A stretch of DNA of 64,000 nt from Dictyostelium discoideum (Eukaryota): positions 2,784,001 to 2,848,000 of the forward strand of contig CM000154.2 of assembly GCA_000004695.1 (NCBI GenBank), given 5' to 3'. Numbering within the stretch: the first letter of the stretch is position 1; every line of letters begins with the position of its first letter. The position numbers and the translations under genes were made by a program. Shown here one piece after another: positions 14,102 through 30,494 of this stretch. Below the pieces are notes generated by a model that was not told where the DNA came from, did not search any database, and saw only the letters and a program-made list of their open reading frames with translations.

Positions 14102-14333
14102 TTTTTTTTTATTTAAATAAATTTAAATAAATATTGTGTTAATATAAAATAAAATAATAAAAAAAAAAAAAAAGATAATTATCTTTGAAAAAGAGTAAAA
14201 AATTTTTAAAAAAATTGTATGAGATTTACTTTTTTGTTTTTTTGGGACAGAAGAAGATATTTAATTTTTAAAAAAAGATTTTATTGAAATAATGAAAAAA
14301 TGCTATAACTTTAACTCCTATAACGCTATTTAT

Positions 14334-14721
14334 TTAATTACAGCAATATTTTTTACCTATTTGGATATAGTTACATGAATCTAAATTCAAACCATTGGTA
14401 TCCATGAAGCTTTGGAGTGAGACTCCACATCCTTTTTTTAAACAGGTTATTAAAGATTGAAAAAAAAAATAATTAATAAAAATCCAGATTTTAATAGATA
14501 AACTTTAAAGTTTATAAAAAAAGGAGTTTTCAATCAAAGTTGTTAAAAATAATAAATTTTAATGATTTACCTCTACTCATGTCCCAGCAAGTGTAACCTT
14601 CCTCTGCATAATACCAGGAAGAACATCTTCCTTCAGTTTCAGCATTGGAAACGAAGGAAAAGACACATAAAACTAAACTTAAAACTACCAAAAAACTTAA
14701 AAACTTGTTTACAAAAAACAA
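14334..14721 (-). CDS. Small secreted cysteine-rich peptide precursor, paralog 1, two exons. Approximately join(14334..14431,14570..14721), about 83 aa.
   Basis: Exon 1: signal peptide MFFVNKFLSFLVVLSLVLCVFSFVSNA followed by ETEGRCSSWYYAEEGYTCWDMSRG. A GTAAAT donor on the minus strand is followed by an intron of about 138 nt and an AAAAAAAG acceptor. Exon 2 reads CGVSLQSFMDTNGLNLDSCNYIQIGKKYCCN* and aligns residue-for-residue with the intronless paralog at 18474..18686. The ORF track names the start M by a TTG; the true ATG could not be verified by eye. Confidence 0.55.
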
Positions 14722-14884
14722 TATAATTAGAATTGATTTTTATTTTTTTATTTTATATTTTTTTAATCTTCTAATATTTACTTTATTCATTCTTTAAAGG
14801 ATATATTTAATTGAAATACTATTTATTTAATAATTTGTTGCTCAATGTATTTCTTTTGGTTATTATTTTTTTCTTTTATAGTCG

Positions 14885-14917
<33 letters not shown>

Positions 14918-15898
14918 TAATAAATGCAAATTTTCAAATAAATTATATTAATTTTATATTAGTCATATAATACCACCAATTTATCTGAATTTTGGACCGA
15001 AAAAATATTAAAAGAAGAATAGAACAAAAAAATAAATAAATAAATAAAACTTGTAAATTCAATGGTATAAAATGATATAAACTCGTATGGACTAAAATAA
15101 TTAAGAATTGGAATTTGGTTGTTAGGCTTTTATATTAGATAGTACCAACAACTTTGTATTGATATATATGAAATTTTTTATTTTATTTAATTTTTTTTTT
15201 TAAAAAATAAAAAATTGGTGTGAATAGATAATTTGAAAAAATTATTTGTTTGTCTCAATCATATAATTAATTTGAATTTATTTATGTACTCATTAACAAA
15301 GGAGGCCATAAAATTAATTTTTTTATTTATTTTTCAAATTTATTATTTAATATCTATTTTAATAAAATAAAATAAAAAAAAAAAATAAAAATAAAAAAAG
15401 TAATTTTATATTATGGTAATTGATAAAAAAAATATTTTTAGTGGTTAAAATTATACAGATGGTTCTAATTAGAAATTGAATTGAAATTTAATCATTAAAA
15501 TGACAATTACATTAATGTTCTTGTCTTCAATAACAATTATAGATAAATATAATCTTTAGATAATATTTTCCAACTTTTATTTTTAAAATTTATATGATTA
15601 TCAATTTTTTCATTTTATTTAAATGATTTTTTAAATTTTAAAAAATTAATCATCAAATGAAATAATTTACGCTTCATATAACTTTCAGTATTTTTGAAAT
15701 TTGAAAATTTATTCAAAATTAATAAACATTACAATAAAAACTCATTAAAAGATAGTAGATGTTACAAGATTTATTTAACCAATTGTTTTTTTTTTTTGAA
15801 ATTGTATATTGGTTGTAGTTTCCTAAAAAGAAAATAAAAAAATAAGCTGAAAATATAGCAATAAAATAATGTAAAATAATTGATGAATTTTCATTATT

Positions 15899-15988
15899 NN
15901 NNNNNNNNNNNNNNNNNNNNNNNNNNNNNNNNNNNNNNNNNNNNNNNNNNNNNNNNNNNNNNNNNNNNNNNNNNNNNNNNNNNNNNNN
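15899..15988. other. Assembly gap (90 N)
   Basis: Run of n characters. Immediately 3' of the gap a 25-nt unit (catttaatttattttatttaaaaaa) occurs twice in tandem. Confidence 0.99.
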
Positions 15989-16510
15989 NNNNNNNNNNCA
16001 TTTAATTTATTTTATTTAAAAAATAATCATTTAATTTATTTTATTTAAAAAATCTCATTTTTGATAAACAATATTGAAAAGGCTTCATGTGCATTTTATT
16101 ATATTAGTTTTTTTTTTTTTTTAAAAAAATGGGGTTAATATAGCACTTTGTGTTTTCTTTTTTTATTTTGTTTATTTTTATTATTTTAATAAATGGAGTT
16201 ATTAAAAGTAGTTATTAAATTAATAATATTTAAATTTTAAATTGCAATTTAATAAGTTGATATAAGCAAAACCCATAATCGAATTAATCTCATTTTTATA
16301 ATACTAATAATTTAAACCTTATTTAAAAATGATTTAATTTTAATTCCCATAAATTTGAAATAATAGGGTAATACAAGCAAACCATATCATTGGAAAATAA
16401 TAAATAAAATAAAGGAATTTTATATATAATAGTTTATTAAATTTTAATTGATTATTAAAAAAAAAAAAAAATAATTGAAAAAAAAAAAAAAAAAAAAAAA
16501 AAATTTAAAA

Positions 16511-16560
16511 AAGATTTGAGGGTTTAGAAAAGAATAATATCATATAGAGATATTATTAAA
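16511..16560. repeat. Relic copy of the 3'-flank unit of the small-peptide gene family. Similar to 17383..17440.
   Basis: agaataatatcatatagagatattattaaaatttatttatcat at 16511 matches agaataatatcacaaagagatataattaaatttttatttatcat at 17383. Confidence 0.5.
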
Positions 16561-17149
16561 ATTTATTTATCATTATATTGGGCTAATAATTGAATAAAAA
16601 TCTCCTTTCTTATTATCCAAAAAGCAATTATCAAAATTTTAAATTGTTATTAAATTTAATAATTTTATGTTTTAATTTATATTATTATTTTTTATATTTT
16701 ATTTTTCACTTTTAAGTAAAAACTATTATTTAAAGAGTCAAACCCAAAAACAGTAACTTGATTTTACATAATATTTTAAATATTAAAAACTTTAATTTAA
16801 ATTATAATTTTAAGAAAATGGAAAATATAAGGACTTATATTAAATCCCTATTTTTTACATTTAAAAAAAAAAGAAAAATTTCTAAAGTCAATTACACATT
16901 AATTTTTTTTTTTTTATTATAAAAACCAACTGTCAAGTTTGAAACTTATACAAAAAATAGGTAGCAAAAAACAAAATTTAATTTAATTTTAAATTATAAT
17001 TTATTAGTATTGTTGTTGAATATTATCTTTTTCTTTTTTTCTTTTTTTTTTTTTTTTTTTTAAATAACCAACAAAATTAAAATTTAAATGTTTCATACCT
17101 CCTAAATTTCCCATTTCATTTTATTTTATTAATCATAAAAACCTCAATT

Positions 17150-17210
17150 CTTTAAATTGCGACAATATTTTCTACCAATTAGAACGTGTTTTCAATCAAA
17201 TTCTACGACA
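17150..17210 (-). pseudogene. Degenerate C-terminal fragment of a small Cys-rich peptide paralog
   Basis: The minus-strand translation ..KHVLIGRKYCRNLK.. matches the family C-terminus ..KLVQIGRKYCCN*. It has a C-to-R change and no stop. The flanking DNA 17071..17200 is a near-duplicate of 18376..18480. Confidence 0.4.
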
Positions 17211-17436
17211 TTAAAAAAAAAAAAAAAAAATTTGGATAAAATGATATTATTAAAATTTATAATTGTAATTAACTATTTAAATAATTACACTGGAAAAAAG
17301 AAACTGACAAATTTTATCCCATATCCAAAACTTAACCAAGTTTTATCTCTTAAAAAAAAAAAAAATTGGAAAATATAATTTTAAAGTTTGGACAAGAATA
17401 ATATCACAAAGAGATATAATTAAATTTTTATTTATC

Positions 17437-17645
17437 ATCGTTTAATTACAACAATATTTTTCCCCACTATAATATTGCTGCAATCCTTTTTATAATTTAA
17501 ATTATTAATTTTCAAAAAAGAATTCAATGACAAATGGCAAGAAGTTGACATATCGATACAACTATGACTCAAAGCCCTTTCTGGCATGATGTAATCAGTG
17601 CAACCGTTTTCTTCAGCATTTAAGCCTACAGAGAAAAGAAATAAA
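17437..17645 (-). pseudogene. Small Cys-rich peptide paralog 3, probably a pseudogene (frameshifted)
   Basis: The minus-strand translation LNAEENGCTDYIMPERALSHSCIDMSTSCHLSLNSFLKINNLNYKKDCSNIIVG.. is homologous to paralog 2. The ATG-containing signal-peptide segment (MICFISFLC) is out of frame with the mature peptide. A 2-nt expansion of an A-run before the conserved KYCCN* end shifts the frame. Either event could be a homopolymer sequencing error. Confidence 0.4.
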
Positions 17646-18473
17646 GCAAATCATGTTAAACTTAATAACTTAGATTTGGAATTAGTAAAAATAAAATTTG
17701 AAAAATAAAATTCGGTAATTTCTTATTTTTTGATGAGATAAAATTTGGTAATTTCTTTTTTTTAGTGTAATTTTTTGAACATTTTATTACAATTATAATT
17801 ATAATTCATACAAGCATAAAAAATTAATGGACAATTATAAAGTTGCAATTTTTTTTATTTATGGTCACCATAAATTGATTTTATTTTATTGGTTTTTTTT
17901 TTTTAACAAGATTGTTAATGTAATTAAAGATATAAAAAAAAACAAAAAAAGAAAAAAAAATTTAAAATTTTTTTGTTTGCTAAAACTTGTGCAAATAAAA
18001 CACCTAACAATAATCTATTTAATTTTTTTTTTTTTAATTTTTTTAGCAAATTACTATAGATATTTTTTTGGATATTTTTTAAAAATACCCCATAAAGGTT
18101 TTTTTTTATTATTATTTGGCCTAAAAAAGTTCTTTGTAACCAAAGTCACAACGAATTCCCATTGTATATTCCCAGACCAATGAACACCACATGTCTTCAA
18201 CAGATTTCTTTTTTCTCTATTTTTTATTAATCATTATTTTTTTTTTTTTATTTTTTATTTAGGATTAAAAAAAAAAAAAATAAATAAAAATCAAATAAAC
18301 AAAAAAAAAAACAAACAAAGCTTTTATATTAAAACAATTGTTCAATATTATATTTTTATTTTATTTTTTTAAAAAATCAACAAAATTAAAATTTAAATGT
18401 TTCATACCTATAAATTTTACAGTAAATTTCCCATTCCTTTTTATTTTATTAATCAGATAAAATTCCAATGCAC

Positions 18474-18686
18474 TTAATTACAACAATATTTTCTTCCAAT
18501 TTGGACGAGTTTACAAGCATTGTTATCCAATTTATTTGTACGCATGAATTGATCAAGAGTAACTTTACAAGAAGTGGCCATATCATAGCAGGTATAACCT
18601 TTTTGAGCTACATGCCAACTTGAACATGAACCCATTTCCTCGGCATTTGAACATGAGAAAGCACATAAAACTAAAACAAATGCCAA
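18474..18686 (-). CDS. Small secreted cysteine-rich peptide precursor, paralog 2, intronless, 70 aa
   Basis: Signal peptide MAFVLVLCAFSCSNA. The mature part EEMGSCSSWHVAQKGYTCYDMATSCKVTLDQFMRTNKLDNNACKLVQIGRKYCCN has 8 Cys. It shares the motifs SNAE..G.CSSW..A..GYTC.DM and QIG.KYCCN* with paralog 1. Confidence 0.6.
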   Translation of the reverse strand: MAFVLVLCAFSCSNAEEMGSCSSWHVAQKGYTCYDMATSCKVTLDQFMRTNKLDNNACKLVQIGRKYCCN

Positions 18687-19732
18687 TCCTATTAAATTTA
18701 AAAACTTTTGATTTTTTAAAAAATAAAATTAATATTACTTTTTTTTTTTTTTTTATATATTTTTATAATTTTTACCTTGTTCATTTTTATACTAATTTAA
18801 ATTTGAATATTTAATGTTTACTTTTTTTTTTGATGAATAATATAAAATAAAAAAATGATATTTATACCTTTTTCTTATTTAGGTTTTTTTTATTTTAATT
18901 TTATTTTTTTAATTAAAACTTTTAAAATTACAAATAGTGGTAATTAATACCAATAAACTAGTAATATTGTTACAAATATGCAATAAAATGACGATATTAA
19001 AAATAAAAATTAAAACTACACCAATAGCTTTAAATAGGAAATCTTAAAATTAAACAATAATTTCCTTTTTAATTTTTTATATCAATTTGAACATAATCAC
19101 ACATACTTTAATATTTAATTATATCAAAAAATAAAAAATAAAAAAAAAAATAAAAAATAAAAAAAAAAAAAAAAAAAAAAAAGTGGGGTTAAAATATTTG
19201 TAGATTAAAGTAATTATAGGAAATAAAAGATATTATATTAAACTTGGATTAGATTAAAATGTTAGTAGTATAATTTTTTAAAAGAAATTATAATTATATT
19301 AATTAATATATAAAAAAAAAAAAAAAATCTGGAAAATAAATTTTAAAGAAAAAAAAATTAAAGTTTAATTTATCAAATATATGAATGTAGTTTTTTTATT
19401 TAATATCCTATAAAATGAATTTTTGTTGGGAGATAATTATATTGTATCTTTTTTTCAAATAATTAAAAATTTAATCTTTTTATTAATTATTTTAATGATT
19501 TTAAGTTTAATTGGTATTTTTCTATTTTTTTTTTTTTTTTTTTTTTTTTTTGTTGGTATTGTTAAAAATAATTAAATTTTACACACAATATGAAATCCAA
19601 AAAAAATAAAAATGAAAAAAAAAAATAATTTCCAGTGCTTCAATATTTAAAAAGAAATGAATTTTATAATACAAAAAAATAAAGATTATTTATTAAAGAT
19701 TTTTTTTTTTTTTTAAAAAAAAATATCAAATA

Positions 19733-21584
<1,852 letters not shown>

Positions 21585-21657
21585 TATGTTTCTATTGATT
21601 TTTGTTTTTTTTTTTTTTTTTTTTTTTTAATATTAAAAATCAGGACTTAAATAAATA

Positions 21658-21702
<45 letters not shown>

Positions 21703-22079
21703 AAAAAAAAAAAATATCTATATTTTTTATTTGAAAAAAAAAACCAAAAAATGCATTTTTGCTTTGGTTTGACCAAAACATTCCCATTTTAAAATATAAA
21801 AATAAAAATAAAAAATAAAAAAAAAAAAATAAAAAAATTATTCCTCAAAAAAGAATATTGATAATTTTATGTTTTTATTTTATGAAATAATTGTTTTTAT
21901 GGATTAATAATTAATTAATTTTAATCAGACGTGTTTTTAAGTTAAATTGTTTTTTTTTTTTTTTTTTTTTCATTTTTTTTTTTTTTTATTTTTTTTTTTT
22001 TAATTTTTTATTTTTTTTATTTTTTTATTTTTTTTTTTTTTGAATAATTTTTTCAATTTATAAAGAAATCATATAAAAA

Positions 22080-22103
22080 ATGGTGAGTTCAAACTAAAGT
22101 TTA

Positions 22104-22134
<31 letters not shown>

Positions 22135-22391
22135 AAAGTAAATTAATTAATTCATTTAATATTTATTGATTTTAGGTTGCAATTTTCAACTTTCAAAGTT
22201 TATTAGTTGTAATATTATTATTTATTTGCACATGCACATATATTAGAGGGTCCTATCCATCACTTTTAGAAGTTAGAGATAAACATAGTTTTAGTGGTTT
22301 ACCGAGAAAAGCTGCAATTATAGGTGAAAGATTATCTCCATGGGTTTCAGCATGTTGTCTTATTATGGGTTTATGGACATTATATAATTAA
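22080..22391 (+). CDS. Protein kish (TMEM167 family). join(22080..22082,22176..22391), 72 aa. Exon 1 is the ATG alone.
   Basis: ATG|GTGAGT, an intron of about 93 nt, then TTTTAG|GTT. The product [72 protein letters not shown] aligns along its whole length to human TMEM167A [52 protein letters not shown]. Confidence 0.8.
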
Positions 22392-22464
22392 AATCAAAAA
22401 AAAAAAAAAAACAATTTTCAAATCATAGGTGAAATAATAAATAAATAAATTCATGTACATATAG

Positions 22465-22504
<40 letters not shown>

Positions 22505-22595
22505 GGAAAAAAAAAAAAAAAAAAAACCATTACAATTGCTCAATATATTAAATAAAATAAATAAAATTAGTTAAAGAGAAATTAATTGAACACAA

Positions 22596-22660
22596 CTGAC
22601 GATTTAATTTTTTTTTTTTTTTGAACACCTCATCCCAATTTGGGATGTGTTCTAGTTTTA
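22596..22660. other. Near-perfect hairpin (GAACACCTCATCCC / GGGATGTGTTC, 5-nt loop) in intergenic DNA
   Basis: Inverted repeat gaacacctcatccc-aattt-gggatgtgttc. It is GC-richer than its surroundings and is followed by a T-run. Function unknown. Confidence 0.3.
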
Positions 22661-22959
22661 TTTAATTAAATTACAGTTTTAAAATAGATGGAGACTCTAT
22701 TATAAAAGGTATAATAATAATAATAATAATAATAAATAATAATAATAATAATAATAATTATAATTATAATTATTATCTTCTTCAAATGAGTCTTTAATTC
22801 TTCTTTAAACTTTGAGTTTCACACACCCAAATTCTATTCTTTCAGAGTAAATACCCCATTTTTTTATATACATACAATTTTATAAATTGATTAATTTAAT
22901 AATTGTTGTTGTGTGTAACAATTATTATTTAGATGATGTTTTTTTTTTTAATTATTTTT

Positions 22960-23115
22960 AGGGGAAGGTGTAATACAATCCAAGTACCAACTAAAATGGG
23001 CGAGATGCCTTTCAAGTCAGTGTTTTACCATACATGTAAAGGTTGTTCTTGGGTACAGGAACGACTCTGTCCAATTTATTTTAAGACAGAGTATTTGGGT
23101 ACCCATTTAATTGTT
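22960..23115 (-). ncRNA. Candidate small non-coding RNA gene, about 150-170 nt, class unassigned
   Basis: GC content is about 40% in an AT ocean, and the segment is non-coding. It has an extended hairpin GGGUAC-CCAAAU-ACUCUGUC [13-nt loop] GACAGAGU-CGUUCCU-GUACCC at minus-strand 23107..23050, and an H-box-like AGAACA after the first hairpin. A DUSE-like TCCCATAA motif lies about 60 nt upstream on the same strand (plus 23174..23181) with a TATA-like TTATAGG about 30 nt upstream. Ends and class are not determined. Confidence 0.3.
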
Positions 23116-23173
23116 CGAATTTTAAAATTTCAAACTTTACTTTCCTATAACTACCGCTAATTACTCAATATAA

Positions 23174-23181
23174 TTATGGGA
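23174..23181 (-). promoter_or_regulatory. DUSE-like motif (TCCCATAA on the minus strand) upstream of the candidate ncRNA
   Basis: Matches the Dictyostelium upstream sequence element consensus [AT]CCCA[CT]AA described for ncRNA genes (established knowledge). A short motif can occur by chance. Confidence 0.3.
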
Positions 23182-23298
23182 CATTTTTTTCGGTAAAAAA
23201 AAATTAAAAAATAAAAATAAAAATAAAAATAAAAAAAATAAAAAAAACGTTTTGCGTGAAAATATCTTAAAAAAAATTTGAAAAATTTATTATTATTT

Positions 23299-24075
<777 letters not shown>

Positions 24076-24141
24076 TATTCATTAACTTTATTAATTAATT
24101 GGTACTGTGTGGTGACTGTAATTTGAAATTGACTGTAAATG

Positions 24142-24188
<47 letters not shown>

Positions 24189-24376
24189 TTTTTGAAAAAA
24201 AAAAAAAAAAAAAAAATAAAATAAAATTATTGGTAAAAAAAAAAAAAATATCTGCGTAGTGGGGGATTTCTGATTAAAAATCGATTTTTTTTTTTTTTGT
24301 TGTTACTAATTCCAAATTATTGTTATTATTATTATTCATTTTTTTTTTTATATTTTATTTTTTATTTTATTAAATA

Positions 24377-25546
24377 ATGATTGAAACAGAAATTACAAAA
24401 CCAAAATATGAAATTCCATTTTCTAAAATGCATGGAGCAGGTAATGACTTTATAGTTTTTGAAAATAATAAAGTTAAAAGATTAGATGGTTCAGAAAATG
24501 AAATTACTTTAAAAGAACTAAAAGAGATTACATTAAAATTATCACATAGAAAATTAGGTGTTGGATTTGATCAAGCAATTATTATAAATAATAATCCAAA
24601 AGTTTTAAAATCTGCTCATTATGAAATGATTGTAATTAATTCTGATGGTGAGCAAGTAAGTAAATAATAAATAAATAAATAAGTAATATATAACACCCTT
24701 TATTTTTTTATTTTATTAATTTTTAATTTTTAAAAAAAAAAAAAAAACAAATAGGCATCAATGTGTGGAAATGGTGTTAGATGTTTTTCAAAATATATTA
24801 TTGATAATTGTATTGAGTCAAAGAGTTTAAATGGTACACCAAAATTAGTTGATGGAGGAGATATTGAACAAAAGATTGAAACATTAGCAGGATTAGTTAT
24901 AACATATCCAAAGATTACACACCATTTAAATCAATATAATTTAATGATGATTAAAGTTAATATGAATAATGCATTAGTATTAAAGACAAATCAATATAAG
25001 GATGACGAATTTGAAAATGTTTTAAATAAAAAAACAACAAATGAAAAAGCATATATTTACACAATTAAAGATTTATCATTACCACAATGCGATCAGTTAG
25101 AGTGTGTATTAGTGTCAATGGGTAATCCACATTGTGTAATATTTTTAGAAAGAAATATAGAGTTGGGTAATCTCTCCTCAACTGGTGTTGATTCAGCCTC
25201 AGATTTATCAATGATGAAAATTGATGAGATTGCAACTAAACTTCAAAAATTACCATTATTTAAAGATGGTTGTAATGTTGAGTTTGTAAGTACAAATAAT
25301 TCAAAATTAACAAATCGTGTAATTTCAAGAGTATTTGAACGTGGTGCTGGTGAGACATTAGCTTGCGGTACTGGTGCTTGTGGTGTTGCTGTTGCCTCAA
25401 TCCTCATGTCATATTGTACTCAAGATAAAGAAGTTACTGTATCAATGCCTGGTGGTGATTTATTAATTCAATGGTCAAGTGAAACTGGTGAAGTTTTTAA
25501 AACTGGTCCAGCTTGTACTGTATTTAATTCAAATATTAAATTATAA
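24377..25546 (+). CDS. Diaminopimelate-epimerase-like (DapF/PhzF fold) protein. join(24377..24655,24755..25546), about 356 aa.
   Basis: Exon 1 reads ..FSKMHGAGNDFIVFENNK..MIVINSDGEQ. After the splice, ASMCGNGVRCF completes the DapF signature N.DGS....CGNG.RC, which contains the first catalytic Cys. The second catalytic-Cys motif LACGTGACGVAVAS lies near the C-terminus. GTAAGT donor and ATAG acceptor, in phase. Confidence 0.8.
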
Positions 25547-25611
25547 AATAAATAAATATATAGTTTCATTTCTTATTATATCATATCATATTTTATTTTA
25601 TTTTATTTATT

Positions 25612-26612
<1,001 letters not shown>

Positions 26613-26628
26613 TTTTTAAACTTTAATA

Positions 26629-26701
<73 letters not shown>

Positions 26702-27195
26702 AATTTAAAATTAAAATTAAATTTTAAAAAATTGTAAAAGAAGATAGTTAGTTAAATTTGAATGATATAAATGGAAATATAAACCAAATTCATTAAATGT
26801 TTTTTAATTTTTTTAATTTTTTTTTTTTTTTTTTATTTTTATTTTTTTTTTTTTTTTTTTTTTTTTGTTCTGTTGACAGTAAATACAGTCAGAATTTTTG
26901 AGAACAAAAAAAACATTGTCAACAAATTTTTATTTTTTTTTATTTTTTTTTATTTTTTTTTTATTAATTTTTTAATAAAATTTTATTTTTTTTTTATTAA
27001 GTTTTTATTTTTTTTTTATTAAATTTTTAATTTAAATTGATTTTTTTTTTTTTTTTTTTTATTATTTTTTCTCACCATATTTTTTTGTAAATAGTAATAA
27101 TTAATAATAATTTTTTAAATTCTTTATTTTTTTAAACATATAAAAATTTTTTTTTTCCTTTGTATATTATTTTTTTTTCCATTTTTACATATTAA

Positions 27196-28803
<1,608 letters not shown>

Positions 28804-28937
28804 GTTTTGGTGCCAGAGTGAATAATAAATAAAAAAAAAAAAAATTTTTAACTCAAATAAAAACCAATCTAATAATAAATTTATTATTATTATTTTCACC
28901 TAAAAAAACACATTTATTTATTTATTTTTTATACACA

Positions 28938-29519
28938 TTAAATTTTTTTTGAATATTTAATAAATAATTTTTGAAGAGAATCACATTCTTTTACTTTTGT
29001 TGTTATTGGATTCCAAGTTATAACTTTATCAATTTTTTTAAATAATTCACTATTAATATCACCAATGAAGTGAGCAGTAAAATAAGAATCTTTTGTATTG
29101 ACCCTTATTTGATTGGTCGGTGTTGGTTTTGGTGATTTTAATTCATTAAAAATTGCAAGTAAAATTTTTTGATCATTATCATCCATTGTTACATATGCGC
29201 CATTTGAATCTCCATTATCAGCCTTCAAAAGATTTCTTTGATAAATGTATACTAATTTATTATTTAATTTAAATTCAACTGAAAGTTCGGTTTGATTCTT
29301 TAAATTATGAAAGATACAAATAACCTTTCCAAATGATTTTTTTGAAGTATCATTATGTGACCCTCCCAATAATAGTTTATCTATTTCATCAAAATTCCAA
29401 ATAACATCAGCTGATGCGTTGTAATTTATATCACCTAATAAATTTGATTTTACGATTGTAATACTATTTAAAACAATTAAAAATAATAAAAATATTAAAA
29501 TTTTATAATAATAATTCAT
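28938..29519 (-). CDS. Hypothetical secreted protein, 193 aa
   Basis: N-terminal hydrophobic signal peptide MNYYYKILIFLLFLIVLNSITIVKS. N-glycosylation sequons are present (NAS, NDT, NQT). No family recognised. Confidence 0.5.
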   Translation of the reverse strand: MNYYYKILIFLLFLIVLNSITIVKSNLLGDINYNASADVIWNFDEIDKLLLGGSHNDTSKKSFGKVICIFHNLKNQTELSVEFKLNNKLVYIYQRNLLKADNGDSNGAYVTMDDNDQKILLAIFNELKSPKPTPTNQIRVNTKDSYFTAHFIGDINSELFKKIDKVITWNPITTKVKECDSLQKLFIKYSKKI

Positions 29520-29992
29520 TTTGTTTTTTTTTTTATTAGTTTTCTTTAGTTTATTTATTTATTTTTATTTTCTATCTTTTAAAATTTTTTATTATTTTTA
29601 AATATTTAACAAAGATAAAAAAAAAAGAATTGTTTTTTTTTTTTCAAATAAAAAGAAATTATTTTGCTTAAAAAAAATTATTTTTTAAATTATTATTTTT
29701 ATTATTATTGTTTTTATTTATTATCATTAACCTATTTTTGTTTATATGTGTGGTTTATTTTTGATAATAAAAATAAATTTAATAATTCCCTTATATAGAA
29801 ATTTAAACGTGGAAATGTTTATTTTTTTTTATTATTTTAATATCGATTAATATTTTATAAGAAGAGGAATATTTTTATTACATTATTTTATTTTTATTTT
29901 ATTTTTTTTATTTTTATTTTTATTTTTTTTATTTTATGATTATTTTTTGTTTGTTTTTAGATTGTTTTTATTTTTAGAGTGGTGGTGGGGTG

Positions 29993-30025
<33 letters not shown>

Positions 30026-30026
30026 A

Positions 30027-30463
30027 TTAAGATGATGGTAGTAATTCTAAATCAGTCATTAATAAAATGTGGTCGGACGCCAATGTTAGGGATGGTAGCA
30101 TCTTATAATCTTGTTTTTCACCAATTTCTAAAACATTGTTAACTTTAAATCTATCTTTTGAGACAAATATTTGATCAATATTGCCTGTAAATGCTCCTAT
30201 AAGTAAATAAAAAATAAAATAAAAAAAACAAATAAAATAAAAAAATAAAAAAATATAAAATATAAAATGAATAAAAACAAATAATAATGGTAATAATAAT
30301 GATAATGATAATGATAGTAATGATATTAATAATAATATTATTATTATTAATATTATTATTAATAATAATAATAAAAACAATAAAAATAATAAGTATTTAT
30401 AATAAAAAAATAAAAAAAAATTAGTAAATAAAAAAGAATAATTATAATTATAATAAAATAATG

Positions 30464-30494
<31 letters not shown>

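Noticed and set aside
17157-18183. ORFs 17157..17378 (+) and 17827..18183 (+)
   Set aside because: AT-rich low-complexity translations (K/F/I). They overlap relic fragments of the small-peptide family on the other strand.
23100-23130. GTTCGAATT motif that resembles a tRNA T-loop
   Set aside because: No acceptor, D or anticodon stems can be formed around it. Not a tRNA.
22933-23160. 75-aa ORF on the plus strand (MMFFFLIIFRGRCNTIQVP...)
   Set aside because: No codon bias and no homology. The region is better explained as a structured non-coding segment (see the ncRNA candidate).
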